A DNA stretch of 45,172 bases from Elusimicrobiota bacterium (GCA_043826435.1 JBDRQF010000045.1:1-45172), one strand, 5' to 3'; positions 12,201 to 18,203 are shown, numbered from the stretch's first letter. Notes: generated from the letters alone by a model not told the origin. Translations and numbers: made by a program.

Positions 12201-13983
12201 AAATAACAAAAGTATATGTTCCCGTAGGCACATCATTTCCGTCATCATCCTTACCGTCCCAATTAAAAGAATTTGTACCCGCCCCTTGCCAGACACCATC
12301 TACAATTGTACGAACCACCCCACCAGCAAAATTATGGATTTTTACGTATACTTTACATTTTTCTGATAATTTGTAAGAAACTGTCATCGTTTGGTTTGAC
12401 GAGAAAGAATTCCTTGAAGTTGTTACATCATAAATATATGGTCGTAAGTATGCGGGGACAATGAGACCATCTTTAATTTTTCTACCATCAACTCTTATCA
12501 AGTAACTATATACTTGGTAAAGGACTTTCTCACCAGCATCGTTTTTAGCATCCCATACTGTAGCACGGTCACCTGGGGGCTTTATTCCTTCATCAAGTGT
12601 TCTTACTAACTCTGGCGGTTCTCCAATAGTATAGATATGAATTTTTGTATGTCCAACTGAATAATGAATTAATGGTATTATATTGCTACCAGGAAGCCAT
12701 GTTAATTTATCAGCTTTTATTTTTTTGTCATCAATAAGCACTACATATGGATAAGTTCCAGATGCGCATTCTTTACCAGCATCATTTTTACCATCCCAAA
12801 TATAAGTATATTCGCTACCAGCTTCTTTATACCCTTCATTTATTTCTCTCACCAACTCTCCTATGATAGTAAAAATCTTGATCTTTACATTTCCACCAGA
12901 AACTGGATAGAAGAATACCCAGTTGAGAATATCTCCTGGATTTTCTACAAACATTCCATCCCAACCACCTATTCCACCACAATCCCTGTACGCAGGGCCT
13001 TTCGGGGAACCCTTGTCCGTCCCCCATTTACCAGCATATTTTATCCAGTCACAGTTGTTCAAAGGAGCATTCTTTTCACCAAGGTTTATCACTTGTGGAA
13101 TAACACTTTCGCCACCACCTGTTCTGTCTATATAATCATAGTCAATAAGTGGTATGTTGATGTCACTCTTGTGGTCACCGGAAACAAAATAATTTGCATG
13201 TGAATCCCTGGCTACATAAACTACAGGATGCGTTTCATTGTATTTTTCTATTTCGTTCCATGGCCTTATTTGTTCATCAGTCCAGTTTTCGGGATAATGG
13301 GCACTGAAGTATACTTGTTGGGGCTCATACGGACGGTCTTTTGCTAACCTAATCGCAATAAATTCCCAGTCACCAAGATGGTTTATTTTCAAACTTTTCC
13401 ATAACTGTTTACTAATATCCTCCCCTGTTTTGTCTGTTATATGAATATTTTTAAGTTCCCTGATATCATTATTATGATAAAATATCCAGTATTGCAGTTC
13501 AATGTATTCTGTTCCAAAACTATCCCTTGCCTTGAAACAATGTCCATATATTGTATATGGCGATTCGTTAGAAAATATATTTTTTATTCCAACAGGATTA
13601 AGACACAATGAATCGCCTGTCAGGTTTAGTAAATCAGTAAGTTTTATATCTTCCTGTATTGTCTCTGCAGACCTTCTTTCTGTCGGTATCGGAATAACAT
13701 AGGGAAAAAATGGTACCGGAACAAAATACCAAAAAGTAAAATACTCTTCCTCTTCTAAGTTTATTTTGTATTTATAAAACCAATCTTCTATCTTGTATGG
13801 TTTCTCGGTCTCTTCGGAATGAAAAATTAATTTTGGGATATGTTTGTTAAGTAAATTTATTTCGTCTCCATCGTCAAGCCCATCATGATCACTGTCAGCA
13901 GAAAAACTCATTCCAATTATTTGGAATGAGATAAATATCATACACAGAAAAACAATTCCTCTCTTTTGATATTTATTTTTCAT
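1..13983 (-). CDS. Giant secreted multidomain protein (>=4661 aa, 3' end runs off window): signal peptide, DxDxDGxDD motif, Vps62/NPP1-like domain, FlgD/Ig-like repeats, NHL propeller, T9SS type-A-like C-terminal domain
   Basis: ATG at 13983 overlaps the TGA of the upstream gene (ATGA). Hand translation starts MKNKYQKRGIVFLCMIFISFQIIGMSFSADSDHDGLDDGDE. The same frame at positions 1-300 reads FKLGEVFAYPNPAKGG...YEYPWDVSNVASGVYIYCVVAEK. Spot checks in between are open and the ORF track calls no stop-terminated ORF in this frame, implying no internal stop. Confidence 0.9.
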   Translation of the reverse strand, partial: MKNKYQKRGIVFLCMIFISFQIIGMSFSADSDHDGLDDGDEINLLNKHIPKLIFHSEETEKPYKIEDWFYKYKINLEEEEYFTFWYFVPVPFFPYVIPIPTERRSAETIQEDIKLTDLLNLTGDSLCLNPVGIKNIFSNESPYTIYGHCFKARDSFGTEYIELQYWIFYHNNDIRELKNIHITDKTGEDISKQLWKSLKINHLGDWEFIAIRLAKDRPYEPQQVYFSAHYPENWTDEQIRPWNEIEKYNETHPVVYVARDSHANYFVSGDHKSDINIPLIDYDYIDRTGGGESVIPQVINLGEKNAPLNNCDWIKYAGKWGTDKGSPKGPAYRDCGGIGGWDGMFVENPGDILNWVFFYPVSGGNVKIKIFTIIGELVREINEGYKEAGSEYTYIWDGKNDAGKECASGTYPYVVLIDDKKIKADKLTWLPGSNIIPLIHYSVGHTKIHIYTIGEPPELVRTLDEGIKPPGDRATVWDAKNDAGEKVLYQVYSYLIRVDGRKIKDGLIVPAYLRPYIYDVTTSRNSFSSNQTMTVSYKLSEKCKVYVKIHNFAGGVVRTIVDGVWQGAGTNSFNWDGKDDDGNDVPTGTYTFVISAFDQSFKPAIEVKEKITWQVSGYTIAYGPTPPMPRKGNVSFTDTVSPEISNVYVHPEAFSVVMGTTNVYFTLSEPSTIKFKIYDSQESIIREITEFFPTGQNIIFWDGKDNQNNTVPDGIYFYTIGAEDLSGNKSFERTGYVCVDNTPPEILMSKTTDTFSPFLCQSVTFYFSINEVLTALQETKLNIWDRDNKLVNVAYDKPEKSASITDSVFWKGKGSIEYNNEQIVTDGVFLYRLRTRDSVFNWAESTGTVTVDTTPPQITNLEIKIIPGQHPKPEVFTINDTTIQVKYDLTDNLSPRVDTELTYKSLDSITTIKRQIEYYRNNQTGLYESVVIDWDGKDDLDRYIPDGTYEVTLTATDWVGNKTGVIELGQFKVDRTPSYVKTVYTDRVIFYDAEPVSLFYEVTDTAKVSISVLDGAGKTLNTYNLTGEQYPEQLYSFVWDGKDSAGNYVSDGSYILQVKTTDDVGNESSRSVGVIKNYIPARISFPSDDYAVVSGTVLIRGDALDPGTDNPRDFKWYKLWYSTSEVTTITDPKVPSPGIWYPVVVPAVNQSPSDPNFPNSNVSYRAVTQDVLGHWNTGDLPAETVCTLLLVTEDKSGNMSCAPRKVTIGVTVASESTPAVSVTSPVENDTFTLNTETATLKIEYNLTSGGEGTGVSLEIFRVVNGNYTGIVRYEEWTVPYSQEPQGRTYYWDGKDFRRWYVESGDYIIRLTAKDSDGLGMDTAEVRISVHKTVGVPVKITKFESGKAFIAINELTTIGYQLSKVGSSTITVTDISNGEKATLLTSVGATGSIDWSSSQRGLYLFTLKTESTDLPQTKDEASFTVCVDGTEGTGVAQITSPADGSITQGLSNFNWQATAIGEYYPLQNFTATVKAKAYKTWEQTSQGDFEDGTLTNIATRGAFIGKIALPTNIAFNLNSGTVRSNISTINNELKLTFADWSYRNNNEYDVWGWWNEGSSNDISEFHNVSEFCVEFKAQTEEYGSGKSGWSTYWGRILIMTVYNNMWYYLTGVGFERWKDDDGGTLKLICFGDYLKDVEKCPTLWKTYRLTVNLINGNVKLYRGDTYLGSSTISADRRGRQNIKIACYGSGYRHGGLTKIKDIYFIENEFGSHYLSPGVFISQQHDTNCKGNTYLWSTFDAGHSIPAGTSITYEIGSYDNPGTSWDAIPSSQKQTITSGSTPTISRKRYFKCKASLVTDNIAQKTPVIYSITQNFAKKGTFISSSCNFGITPTSWGPFEVIESKPTGTNIAYATQSSDDEINWYGQTGKDAWDTVVPGGPISSPPKQYLRWKAVLTTADGINTPVIDEVRCTANWEPVIEISSYCYRGKLFSTNLPNKTFNFTPVGTPYWSIISETNPDVGKSIASSGGATDWQFQATTNIKDMTWTSARDKYLEDGKIRATSEFNNTDNSNYFIVESTFPTLISSAYLPSVSNQTDNESVFWKQNGHSVDNLYVGIFAKDWMLRLFYPDGSQNDSLVVHPRLSETSNNDTNEYDTNPKDINDNFTVLLATGDVAAKSYVEIKGSVSGTGLAGWTLFYQKSGDTVWRTIKTSTESVIDNTLVWWDVTGLNGKFNLKLLILDDTGFKENVSKLIIGKELKTGATYHTYVCAPYNKAYLDLFPDAVYPEDVEVSTIVTITPRKLSDTAIKISTGMPLPIGAIYDLQPKGLKLKTTSFLTARFLQEEVPTDDILGKITVYWVKDDGELEPLDIRVIDKSTDIVQGRQISKITFPITSFSYYLAIPGIPVPVLDVVKLLTNNPAMTISGIAEPQAEVEIWNDGSCLGRTKCSDKGEFIFKTLLVEGKNPIMARTVRWFNDREHMSEFCDVLEIVLDTTPPEIKEVTATPEIFTPDGDGIDDFTAIEFLLLEESNIKMEIFDSKGTTIRTICDEQGKYRSAGKTSVSWNGFDDNNVVAPNGIYKFKITVIDRAGNFSICIGIVEIKIIDTVPPTVRIVNPPHESKVRDTVKVIASAADNYRISRVEFYIDAVDNSVPNFIDYEPPYTYDWDTTEYAAGSIHKIGVRAYDMFDNPSILEYSTVKKEGIEFNYKITAKGTSEGPEYSMSVSHSGIDQYFTEHLYPPGGYKVVDWYVTDVVSTNGGKDNGTYIDYHNNRLVIKTYTSYGWYYGWYGWSKRPGGYSATYHIKTGEHWEGEETGSATITASDGELFIATSTLVAPRLDTKWYVTDDNPNVQTWVVDNKIYARLSYTEPPFIKISSPSAGAVIGGTVTVTTEVKEHVNPKILNLDYGNYVPMSDYLASKGYKLIFDNEIYSVTECLDYNIVMGERDTEGITKADLFNELYDAGYCIITQGNDTVNDIRPITRYKQNWYWVYMGGYPYGYYYKRVSFSLKGKVVQDLQHFLIEKCSNNLFGSSDFANVPTEVHPSAIVLARTLTEHYYYQFPYYGIGEPTYPVAVYLHEPGKGYWFHLQPEFTSSENYSNRQLIDNVIKYFAEVKRSEGAMGVTKRVDFYLDGNLQTGTTFVPYIENIDTRLVTDGKRNISVSVVDNVDNFSCDQVDVIVDNHPPSISVYSPNANMRYVAGRSFIPVKFSVHDSLDLNPTVKSYIFNIEKELSIDVHNGQNLNPFDVTPGSWSISVVATDWVGNTSSETIGPFEIIHDTQPPRTEIYISSPKYEMPSQVYITSHTPLFFPAVDDLTTPGDCAGLGVKETFMAIDSTDTFIVQKGTFTISAKGEHTIYYYSTDVVGNTEIIKSTVVVADNDPPEIKISSPVGGETFIATQDMPDIDYKATDIGPFGTTGYLILVKCPDKPELEGTKVLLDVDTGNEVASYAVSYSTSIEPLDLPYYGFYVLKVEATDWAGHFVSSQTARFEVIWDILPPQTVLGIGEPVWWGQRPYIRSDTPLTLKSLDDLVEVGDGAGLGVKYVDYWINSDKHIHNDNPAPAQGSVFSSTFTLTEISQDIPLSDGKHLIYYFAQDILGNIEEAKEQKVILDNTPPAVNFHPTDFLYQNNTTVYAGLSTKINVAANDPDQDFVYYDFWTGIASASPRNDKLLDDFEVISGSWTIDMQKGVYTQQDKFSSGWTKSILKALPWEKRYDNPPYTLQAKVHISSYCATYYNYANNVPAVAGLIYFRYQDKNNHYAIKLSAQDKSVQIIKTESTTGNVVQTLFVETPYPVSINRWYDVELHNSNDKIKIKIFGKELLEISDTYPFTTQGLGFGSETAVVRFAGLRITRPALFGDISDASGFKEMSVQTDGNAPVKYNFQPAELNFITEGFHTIGVSAQDNVTNTSQLLVKTLAYDGTSPKTVLICSENYYPHPTYPEISYASQRAIYGFETNDPEGKDNVASGIYSASYRVDAFDDATPWIDLLGTGPYPTFSFSEGRRKLDHYSTDNVLNKEAVHTKHIWVDGTAPVTTLTMTGGVQWTSSDGKLYADIDTQYVLTAEDPLSCDVASGIKRTQYRVDAGTWHVWDGTPIMITEGIRTIEYYSIDNVQNAEDMKTFVVHVDNTSPETTTSAGEPKCIQHGEPVSDAHQFTVITSNTQISILANDPIVKDVSSGVKDTYYAITHQSWTTYNQPFAITGPDGDYTVQYYSRDNVLNTEQTKSTIYTLDNTPPVAEIILPSEDNKGLCRIISGKTAIVGTVEDLHFKWYQLYWAEINTDTWNEICTKTYKEISEDVLAYWDTTGLPEGWWTIKLTAQDCVQNQTTDTVDVYIGRPELALEISGFNKPSYIVLDSTRNMYISDTNNDNVKKYDAQGNLLVTLSGIKQQSQPIPGRGAGANRTDTFNKPTGLALDTTGNLYVADGNNDRVIKFSSDDSHLFTLSGFNKPHGLATDTQDNLYVADRNNDRIQKFSPNGTLLMTLNTGVEDDGLNKPQGVIAVDLQERIYVTDRNNNRVLIYNSSGVFITQISSASGLNKPDGIVVNQQGYIYVSDTNNDIVCKFDKYFNLVATYDGTTKTSQQKFNKPSGVTIDTEGNLYVVDSNNDKMLKYTLPKKPGDDKQDGIASASLQTSNPTEFKLGEVFAYPNPAKGGMKPTLHIEVGVADRVEIKIFNIAAELVHSAEISGSSYRIRDNRCFYEYPWDVSNVASGVYIYCVVAEKQGYSP
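340..1170 (-). repeat. Six NHL repeats (beta-propeller) within the giant protein
   Basis: Six units of the form (F/L)NKPxGxxxDxxGNxYV(A/S)DxNNDRxxK, e.g. FNKPTGLALDTTGNLYVADGNNDRVIKF and FNKPHGLATDTQDNLYVADRNNDRIQKF. Confidence 0.9.
3171..3200. repeat. GTCATTGCGAG...GCAATC palindromic element (RPE/REP-like) inserted in frame in the giant CDS
   Basis: TGTCATTGCGAGGCGAAGCCGAGGCAATCC matches the intergenic copies at 30471, 36872 and 41477; encodes GIASASPRND. Confidence 0.75.
9950..12900 (-). repeat. Tandem FlgD Ig-like repeats within the giant protein
   Basis: Recurrent WDGK(N/D)xxGxxVxxGxY motifs (WDGKNDAGKECASGTY, WDGKDDDGNDVPTGTY, WDGKDNQNNTVPDGIF, WDGKDDLDRYIPDGTY, WDGKDSAGNYVSDGSY) separated by D(T/N)TPP linkers. 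Confidence 0.8.
12960..13860 (-). other. Vps62-related (NPP1-like HxxDWE) N-terminal domain of the giant protein
   Basis: Motif order LQYWIFYHNN...NHLGDWEFIAIRL...VYFSAH...HPVVYVARDSHANY...WIKYAGKWG...SPKGP. Confidence 0.75.
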
Positions 13984-14585
13984 AACTTATAATCTATTCC
14001 TATCAAAAGTTGTAGACTCTCAAGAATAGCGGTATTAGAAATTGTATTTGTTGTTAAATTACGACTTAATCTTGTTTCTAATGATAGTTTAATTTTTGAT
14101 GAAATTTCAATTCTAATCCTTATGCCAATAACAAAAAAGTTTTCCGATTTTCCTTCCCTGTGTTTATCTTCTTTAAACTCGTAGTTATCAGAAATAACTT
14201 TAGACTCCCAAATATAATAAATTTCATTACCTATTCCAAACATAAGTGTCAATTTTTCCGAATCAAAAACTGCAATATTAGCGAGTAAAGGTATACGGAT
14301 AACTTTGTCTTCACTGAAATCCCACCAATAGTTTCCTGTGGTTCTTTCAAATTCATACAATAAGTCAAGAGAAAACCCCAAATGATTTTTTGTATCATAT
14401 ATTTCAATTTGGGGGCCAACCGTATAGCCCATTCCTGAAGCTCGCATAAAAGTTCCTGCAGTTGAAACGGAAAAATGATTTATTCCACATTTCCACCCAA
14501 CGAAATATATCACATGGCAATATAAAGAAGGCGCATAAAACAATAGTAACAAAGTAAATAAAATGATGCACTTAAAATGTTTCAT
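13980..14585 (-). CDS. Outer-membrane beta-barrel (porin/PorT-like family) protein B
   Basis: Signal peptide, about 200 aa, alternating hydrophobic strands, ends LLIGIDYKL; translationally coupled to the giant ORF. Confidence 0.7.
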   Translation of the reverse strand: MKHFKCIILFTLLLLFYAPSLYCHVIYFVGWKCGINHFSVSTAGTFMRASGMGYTVGPQIEIYDTKNHLGFSLDLLYEFERTTGNYWWDFSEDKVIRIPLLANIAVFDSEKLTLMFGIGNEIYYIWESKVISDNYEFKEDKHREGKSENFFVIGIRIRIEISSKIKLSLETRLSRNLTTNTISNTAILESLQLLIGIDYKL

Positions 14586-14805
14586 TTATATTCTTAATCC
14601 TGTTGATGATGGATGGCATAATGAATCGCCTGGCATACGGGAAAAATAATAAAGTAAGACGATATTGTTCCTTGCTATCATCAAGTCCATCGTAATCATT
14701 ATCAACAGCATACACAATACAACTTATACTTAAAATAATACTTAAAAACATAATCAGTTTTTTTATCCTGATAGATTTTCTATTTACTAAATCCATATTT
14801 TCCAC
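14572..14805 (-). pseudogene. Remnant of a giant-protein N-terminus (signal peptide + DNDYDGLDD motif, internally deleted/frameshifted)
   Basis: VDNDYDGLDDSKE versus ADSDHDGLDDGDE in the giant protein; another frame gives PGDSLC versus TGDSLC (shared AATGAATCGCCTG near 14620 and 13607). Confidence 0.7.
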
Positions 14806-15397
14806 CTATAAGAAACTGCCAACTTTCAAAATCTGTTGTTTTTACTGTATTGTGTGTTTCATTGGCTCCAAACCTAAACTCTCCCGATAACATAAAATTT
14901 CGCCAAGGTTTTATATCAATACCAGCAACAATAATTTGAAAAGTTTCTGTCCCTTCTAACTGACTATCTCTTATTTCAACAGCAATTTTGCGTCTCACAT
15001 ATGTAATTCTAAAATCATCTTTACCTCCACCAACCCATGAATTTATTTTTCCTAAAGGATTTAACAGAAGTTTTATTAATATTGGGGTTCTCACAACGCC
15101 TCTTGTCCAAACCCAACTTGTATATGGATTTTTTGCAATCGCAGTTTCATATATATTTCCATAGGATAAGCCAAAGCCAATATTTTCTTTTTTAAAAACT
15201 ATCTGTAGTTCACCCTCCAAACCATAACTTTTTCCCCACCCCGTATACGGTGTCCCATTAAGCCAACGAAAATAATTTGCCCCACCTAAAGCTGAAATTA
15301 GAAAATTCAGTTTAATATTTTTTGATTCAACAACAGAAGCAAAAAATACAACAATCATTAACGAACAATAAATTGCTCTTTTCATCGTTTTTAACAA
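14780..15397 (-). CDS. Outer-membrane beta-barrel protein A (paralog of 13980-14585)
   Basis: Signal peptide, 205 aa. Shared motifs with barrel B: RTPIL/RIPLL, SGEFRFGAN/SLETRLSRN, ESWQFLIG/ESLQLLIG. Ends GKYGFSK. Confidence 0.7.
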   Translation of the reverse strand: MLKTMKRAIYCSLMIVVFFASVVESKNIKLNFLISALGGANYFRWLNGTPYTGWGKSYGLEGELQIVFKKENIGFGLSYGNIYETAIAKNPYTSWVWTRGVVRTPILIKLLLNPLGKINSWVGGGKDDFRITYVRRKIAVEIRDSQLEGTETFQIIVAGIDIKPWRNFMLSGEFRFGANETHNTVKTTDFESWQFLIGGKYGFSK

Positions 15398-15651
15398 CTC
15401 ATTTTGCTATTTTTTGGCTTAGGTACATATACTACAAGATGTGTTTCATTATATTTTTCAACTTTCCCCCATCTCCTTATTTGTTCCTCAGTCCAATTGA
15501 CAGGATAATGGGCGCTGTAATATACCTGCTTGGGATTGTATGGATAATCCTTCTCTAACCTAATCCCCACAAATTCCCAGTCACCAAGATGATTTATTTT
15601 TAAACTTTCCCAATAATGGCGTTTCTGTATTGTCATCTCCAACTCCAGCAA
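15391..15651 (-). pseudogene. Orphan fragment of the Vps62-like domain
   Basis: 15424-15612 aligns ungapped to 13213-13401 of the giant ORF; 48/63 aa identical by hand count, including KINHLGDWEF. Confidence 0.85.
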
Positions 15652-15654
15652 TTA

Positions 15655-16062
15655 TTACACAGTTTTGGGTAAATTGGGTATATATGTTGACACAGAGAAA
15701 GTCCTTCCTACATAATCTGGCTCAGATAACAAAACATTTGGGTTTGTTTTGTATTGTTCTATGACTTGGTCAACGGGTATGGAAGTAGAAATTTTAATCT
15801 TATAAATACCTAAGATTTTTATTTGTTTAATAATTTCTGCATTAAATTGGCTATTGAGCTTTTCTATTTCTTCAATCGGTGTGCCGCGTTTGAATTTTAC
15901 CGTTATTTCACTGGAAATTACCTGGACATTTTGCTTCGTTGTTGTATCATAGAAAGTTTCATATTCTGGGCTTTCATTTTGAGCATACGTGGTTGATACA
16001 AGGCATAGCAAAATCAAAACTATAATGGACATGAATTTGTTCAGGGCTAAAAGTTTACTCAT
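15655..16062 (-). CDS. Secreted protein resembling a subtilase (S8, fervidolysin-type) prodomain, with no catalytic domain
   Basis: Signal peptide; EITVKFKRG...YKIKI...YKTNPNVLLSEPDY; stops at YIPNL where a PNDP-type catalytic domain would normally begin. Confidence 0.6.
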   Translation of the reverse strand: MSKLLALNKFMSIIVLILLCLVSTTYAQNESPEYETFYDTTTKQNVQVISSEITVKFKRGTPIEEIEKLNSQFNAEIIKQIKILGIYKIKISTSIPVDQVIEQYKTNPNVLLSEPDYVGRTFSVSTYIPNLPKTV

Positions 16063-16140
16063 TTTTTATCCGACACAGACTTGTTTATGACAATTTCATA
16101 AGTTAGCCAAAACAATTAATAAAACATTCCAGTTGGTTTT

Positions 16141-16788
16141 TTATTCTTTGCCCACTCTAAAATCTGTTATATACTTCTTTAACCTGGCGGCCGACCCGGT
16201 GACGTTCGGACTGCCGCACACCGCCCTGACCACTGCGACGCAGTCCGGGCCTGCATCCAGCACAAGATTAATGTTCGTCTCGTCTATGCCTCCTATTGCT
16301 ACCACGGGAATTTTTACTTTTGATTTCACCTTTTTAATCAGTTCAACCCCCACCTGCCCATATTCGGGTTTTGTCGGTGTTTTAAAAACCGGCCCCACGC
16401 TTATGTAATCCGCTCCCTGTCGTTCCGCCTCCATCGCCTGTTCAAAAGAATGGGTTGATATACCGACGATAAAATCCTTAACCTTCATGGAAGCCAAAAA
16501 ACTTTTAACTTCTGCCGGCGGCATATCGTCCTGGCCTACATGCATCCCGTCCGCCCCGCACATCAACGCTATGTCCAGCCGGTCGTTGATTATAAGCGGG
16601 ACATTGTACCTGGAAGTAATCTCCCTAATGTCGCGCGCCGCTTTCATAAACTGCATAGCGTTCAAATTCTTTGCGCGCAACTGGATAACGTCAGCCCCGC
16701 CGGCGCACGCATGCTCAACCGTCTGACTGTCCGGAATTTCTCTGGTTGTACCGGCGGTAATACAGTAGAGTCCTTTTATCTTAATCAC
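16141..16788 (-). CDS. thiE: Thiamine-phosphate synthase
   Basis: LYCIT, IQLRAK, IINDRLDIA, HVGQDD, GISTHS, GPVFKTPTK, VAIGGI motifs. Confidence 0.95.
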   Translation of the reverse strand: MIKIKGLYCITAGTTREIPDSQTVEHACAGGADVIQLRAKNLNAMQFMKAARDIREITSRYNVPLIINDRLDIALMCGADGMHVGQDDMPPAEVKSFLASMKVKDFIVGISTHSFEQAMEAERQGADYISVGPVFKTPTKPEYGQVGVELIKKVKSKVKIPVVAIGGIDETNINLVLDAGPDCVAVVRAVCGSPNVTGSAARLKKYITDFRVGKE

Positions 16789-17197
16789 TTAACCGTCCAA
16801 AGAACCTTTTTGCAACGTCCTTTTCAAGCGTATATAGTTTAAACCTTATCTTTTTGAATTCAAACCCGGCAGTCCTGGAAATAAGACGGGAGTATTCCTC
16901 AAGCACCCTTACCGACTCCTGCGCCCTCTTGAAATTTGCGACCAGCACTGCGACTACGTCGCGGTGTTTTGCGTCAACAACCTTTCCGCCTGAATCACCG
17001 ACGCTGTTGCGTGAACCTATTAAGAGAGGGTATATGTTCTTTGAAACCCTGCTCAGGCCGTGCCTTAGTTCCCTCGCCCTGTAAAATATCTTTTTATCCC
17101 CGTTTAAAAACCGGACAGTGTCCTCTATTACCCTTAACCCCTCCGATGCACGGTTTATGTTTGCATCAATTACCCTGTAATGCGAATTTTTTTGCAT
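16781..17197 (-). CDS. ThiD2-like protein (homolog of the N-terminal domain of cyanobacterial ThiE)
   Basis: RVIDANINRASEGLRVIED...LRH...ANFKRAQESVRVLEEYS...RFKLYTLEK; start placed at MQKNSHY. Confidence 0.85.
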   Translation of the reverse strand: MQKNSHYRVIDANINRASEGLRVIEDTVRFLNGDKKIFYRARELRHGLSRVSKNIYPLLIGSRNSVGDSGGKVVDAKHRDVVAVLVANFKRAQESVRVLEEYSRLISRTAGFEFKKIRFKLYTLEKDVAKRFFGRLSD

Positions 17198-17637
17198 TTT
17201 TTTATGATGCCGCTCGTTGACCATCCGCCGGCAAGCGGGAACCGGACGACCCTCCCGACAATCCCCCTGCCTACGATTTCCCTGCCAGACCAGTCGGACC
17301 CTTTCACGAGAACATCGGGTTTGAGCGCCTTTATTACGCTGTAAGGGGTGTCCTCGTTGAAAACCGTTATGTAGTCAACGTCGGATAGTCCTACCAGAAC
17401 CTCAGCCCTTTCCCTTTCGGGGATAACGGGCCTTCCCCCGCCTTTAATCCTTCTGATTGATGCGTCTGAATTAAGCCCCACAATCAAAACGTCGCCCAGG
17501 GATTTCGCCTTTTTGATAAGACGGACGTGCCCTGCATGCAGAATGTCAAAACACCCGTTTGTAAATACAATTCTTTTATTTTTTCTTTTGAGTGCGGCAA
17601 CAATCTTCCTCAACTCACTGGTTGATTTTGTTTTCAT
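17170..17637 (-). CDS. rfaE2: D-glycero-beta-D-manno-heptose 1-phosphate adenylyltransferase
   Basis: VFTNGCFDILHAGH, GLNSDAS, LVKGSDW, STSGII. Confidence 0.93.
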   Translation of the reverse strand: MKTKSTSELRKIVAALKRKNKRIVFTNGCFDILHAGHVRLIKKAKSLGDVLIVGLNSDASIRRIKGGGRPVIPERERAEVLVGLSDVDYITVFNEDTPYSVIKALKPDVLVKGSDWSGREIVGRGIVGRVVRFPLAGGWSTSGIIKKCKKIRITG

Positions 17638-18203
17638 CCGAATAATTCCTTCTCAACGAGACGGCAAATAATATGTATTAAAAGAATATGCCCTTCCTGA
17701 ATCCTTGCAGTGTTGTCTGACGGGATACATATACACAAATCAACAATGTTTTTTAATTTTCCGCCTGTGTTACCCGTCCAGCCGGCTGACACTGCCTTTT
17801 GTTTCTTCGCCTGCTCAATGCCCTTGAGCACATTTACGGAATTCCCGCTTGTGGATATACCGATTACGACATCGCCCTCTTTAACGGTTGACTCCACTTG
17901 CCTTGAGAAAATATACTCAAACCCGTAGTCATTACCCGTGGCTGTAATCATGGATGTATTTGTGGTCAGGGCGACTGCCTCTAAACTCCGACGGTCTTTT
18001 TCAAACCTGCAGACAAGTTCAGTTGCAAGATGTTGGGCGTCTGCGGCGCTGCCTCCGTTACCAAAGACAACGACCTTTTTTTTGTTTTTATAGGCGGATA
18101 TTATGCGGGACGCCAGTTCCTCAATGCCACTCACGTTTTCAAGGAGCATCTTTCCCTTTACCGCCACCGAGTCCCTTATAAGTTTTTCAATTTCATTTTT
18201 CAT
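17634..18203 (-). CDS. gmhA: Phosphoheptose isomerase
   Basis: FGNGGSAADAQH, NDYG, ISTSGNS, TARIQEGH; start at MKNEIEK. Confidence 0.95.
   Translation of the reverse strand: MKNEIEKLIRDSVAVKGKMLLENVSGIEELASRIISAYKNKKKVVVFGNGGSAADAQHLATELVCRFEKDRRSLEAVALTTNTSMITATGNDYGFEYIFSRQVESTVKEGDVVIGISTSGNSVNVLKGIEQAKKQKAVSAGWTGNTGGKLKNIVDLCICIPSDNTARIQEGHILLIHIICRLVEKELFG

Noticed and set aside
95..13702. Many short ORFs in the track over the first 14 kb
   Set aside because: They are antisense or alternate-frame shadows of the giant minus-strand CDS, with no recognisable motifs
13213..15612. Diversity-generating retroelement TR/VR pair (13213-13401 vs 15424-15612)
   Set aside because: Mismatches involve all four bases and many are synonymous, with no adenine-specific bias, and there is no reverse transcriptase in the window. 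The pair is better explained as a diverged paralog fragment.
16063..17640. TPP riboswitch for thiE, or a riboswitch ahead of the giant-gene cluster
   Set aside because: No TPP core motif or structured leader seen; the genes overlap in an operon
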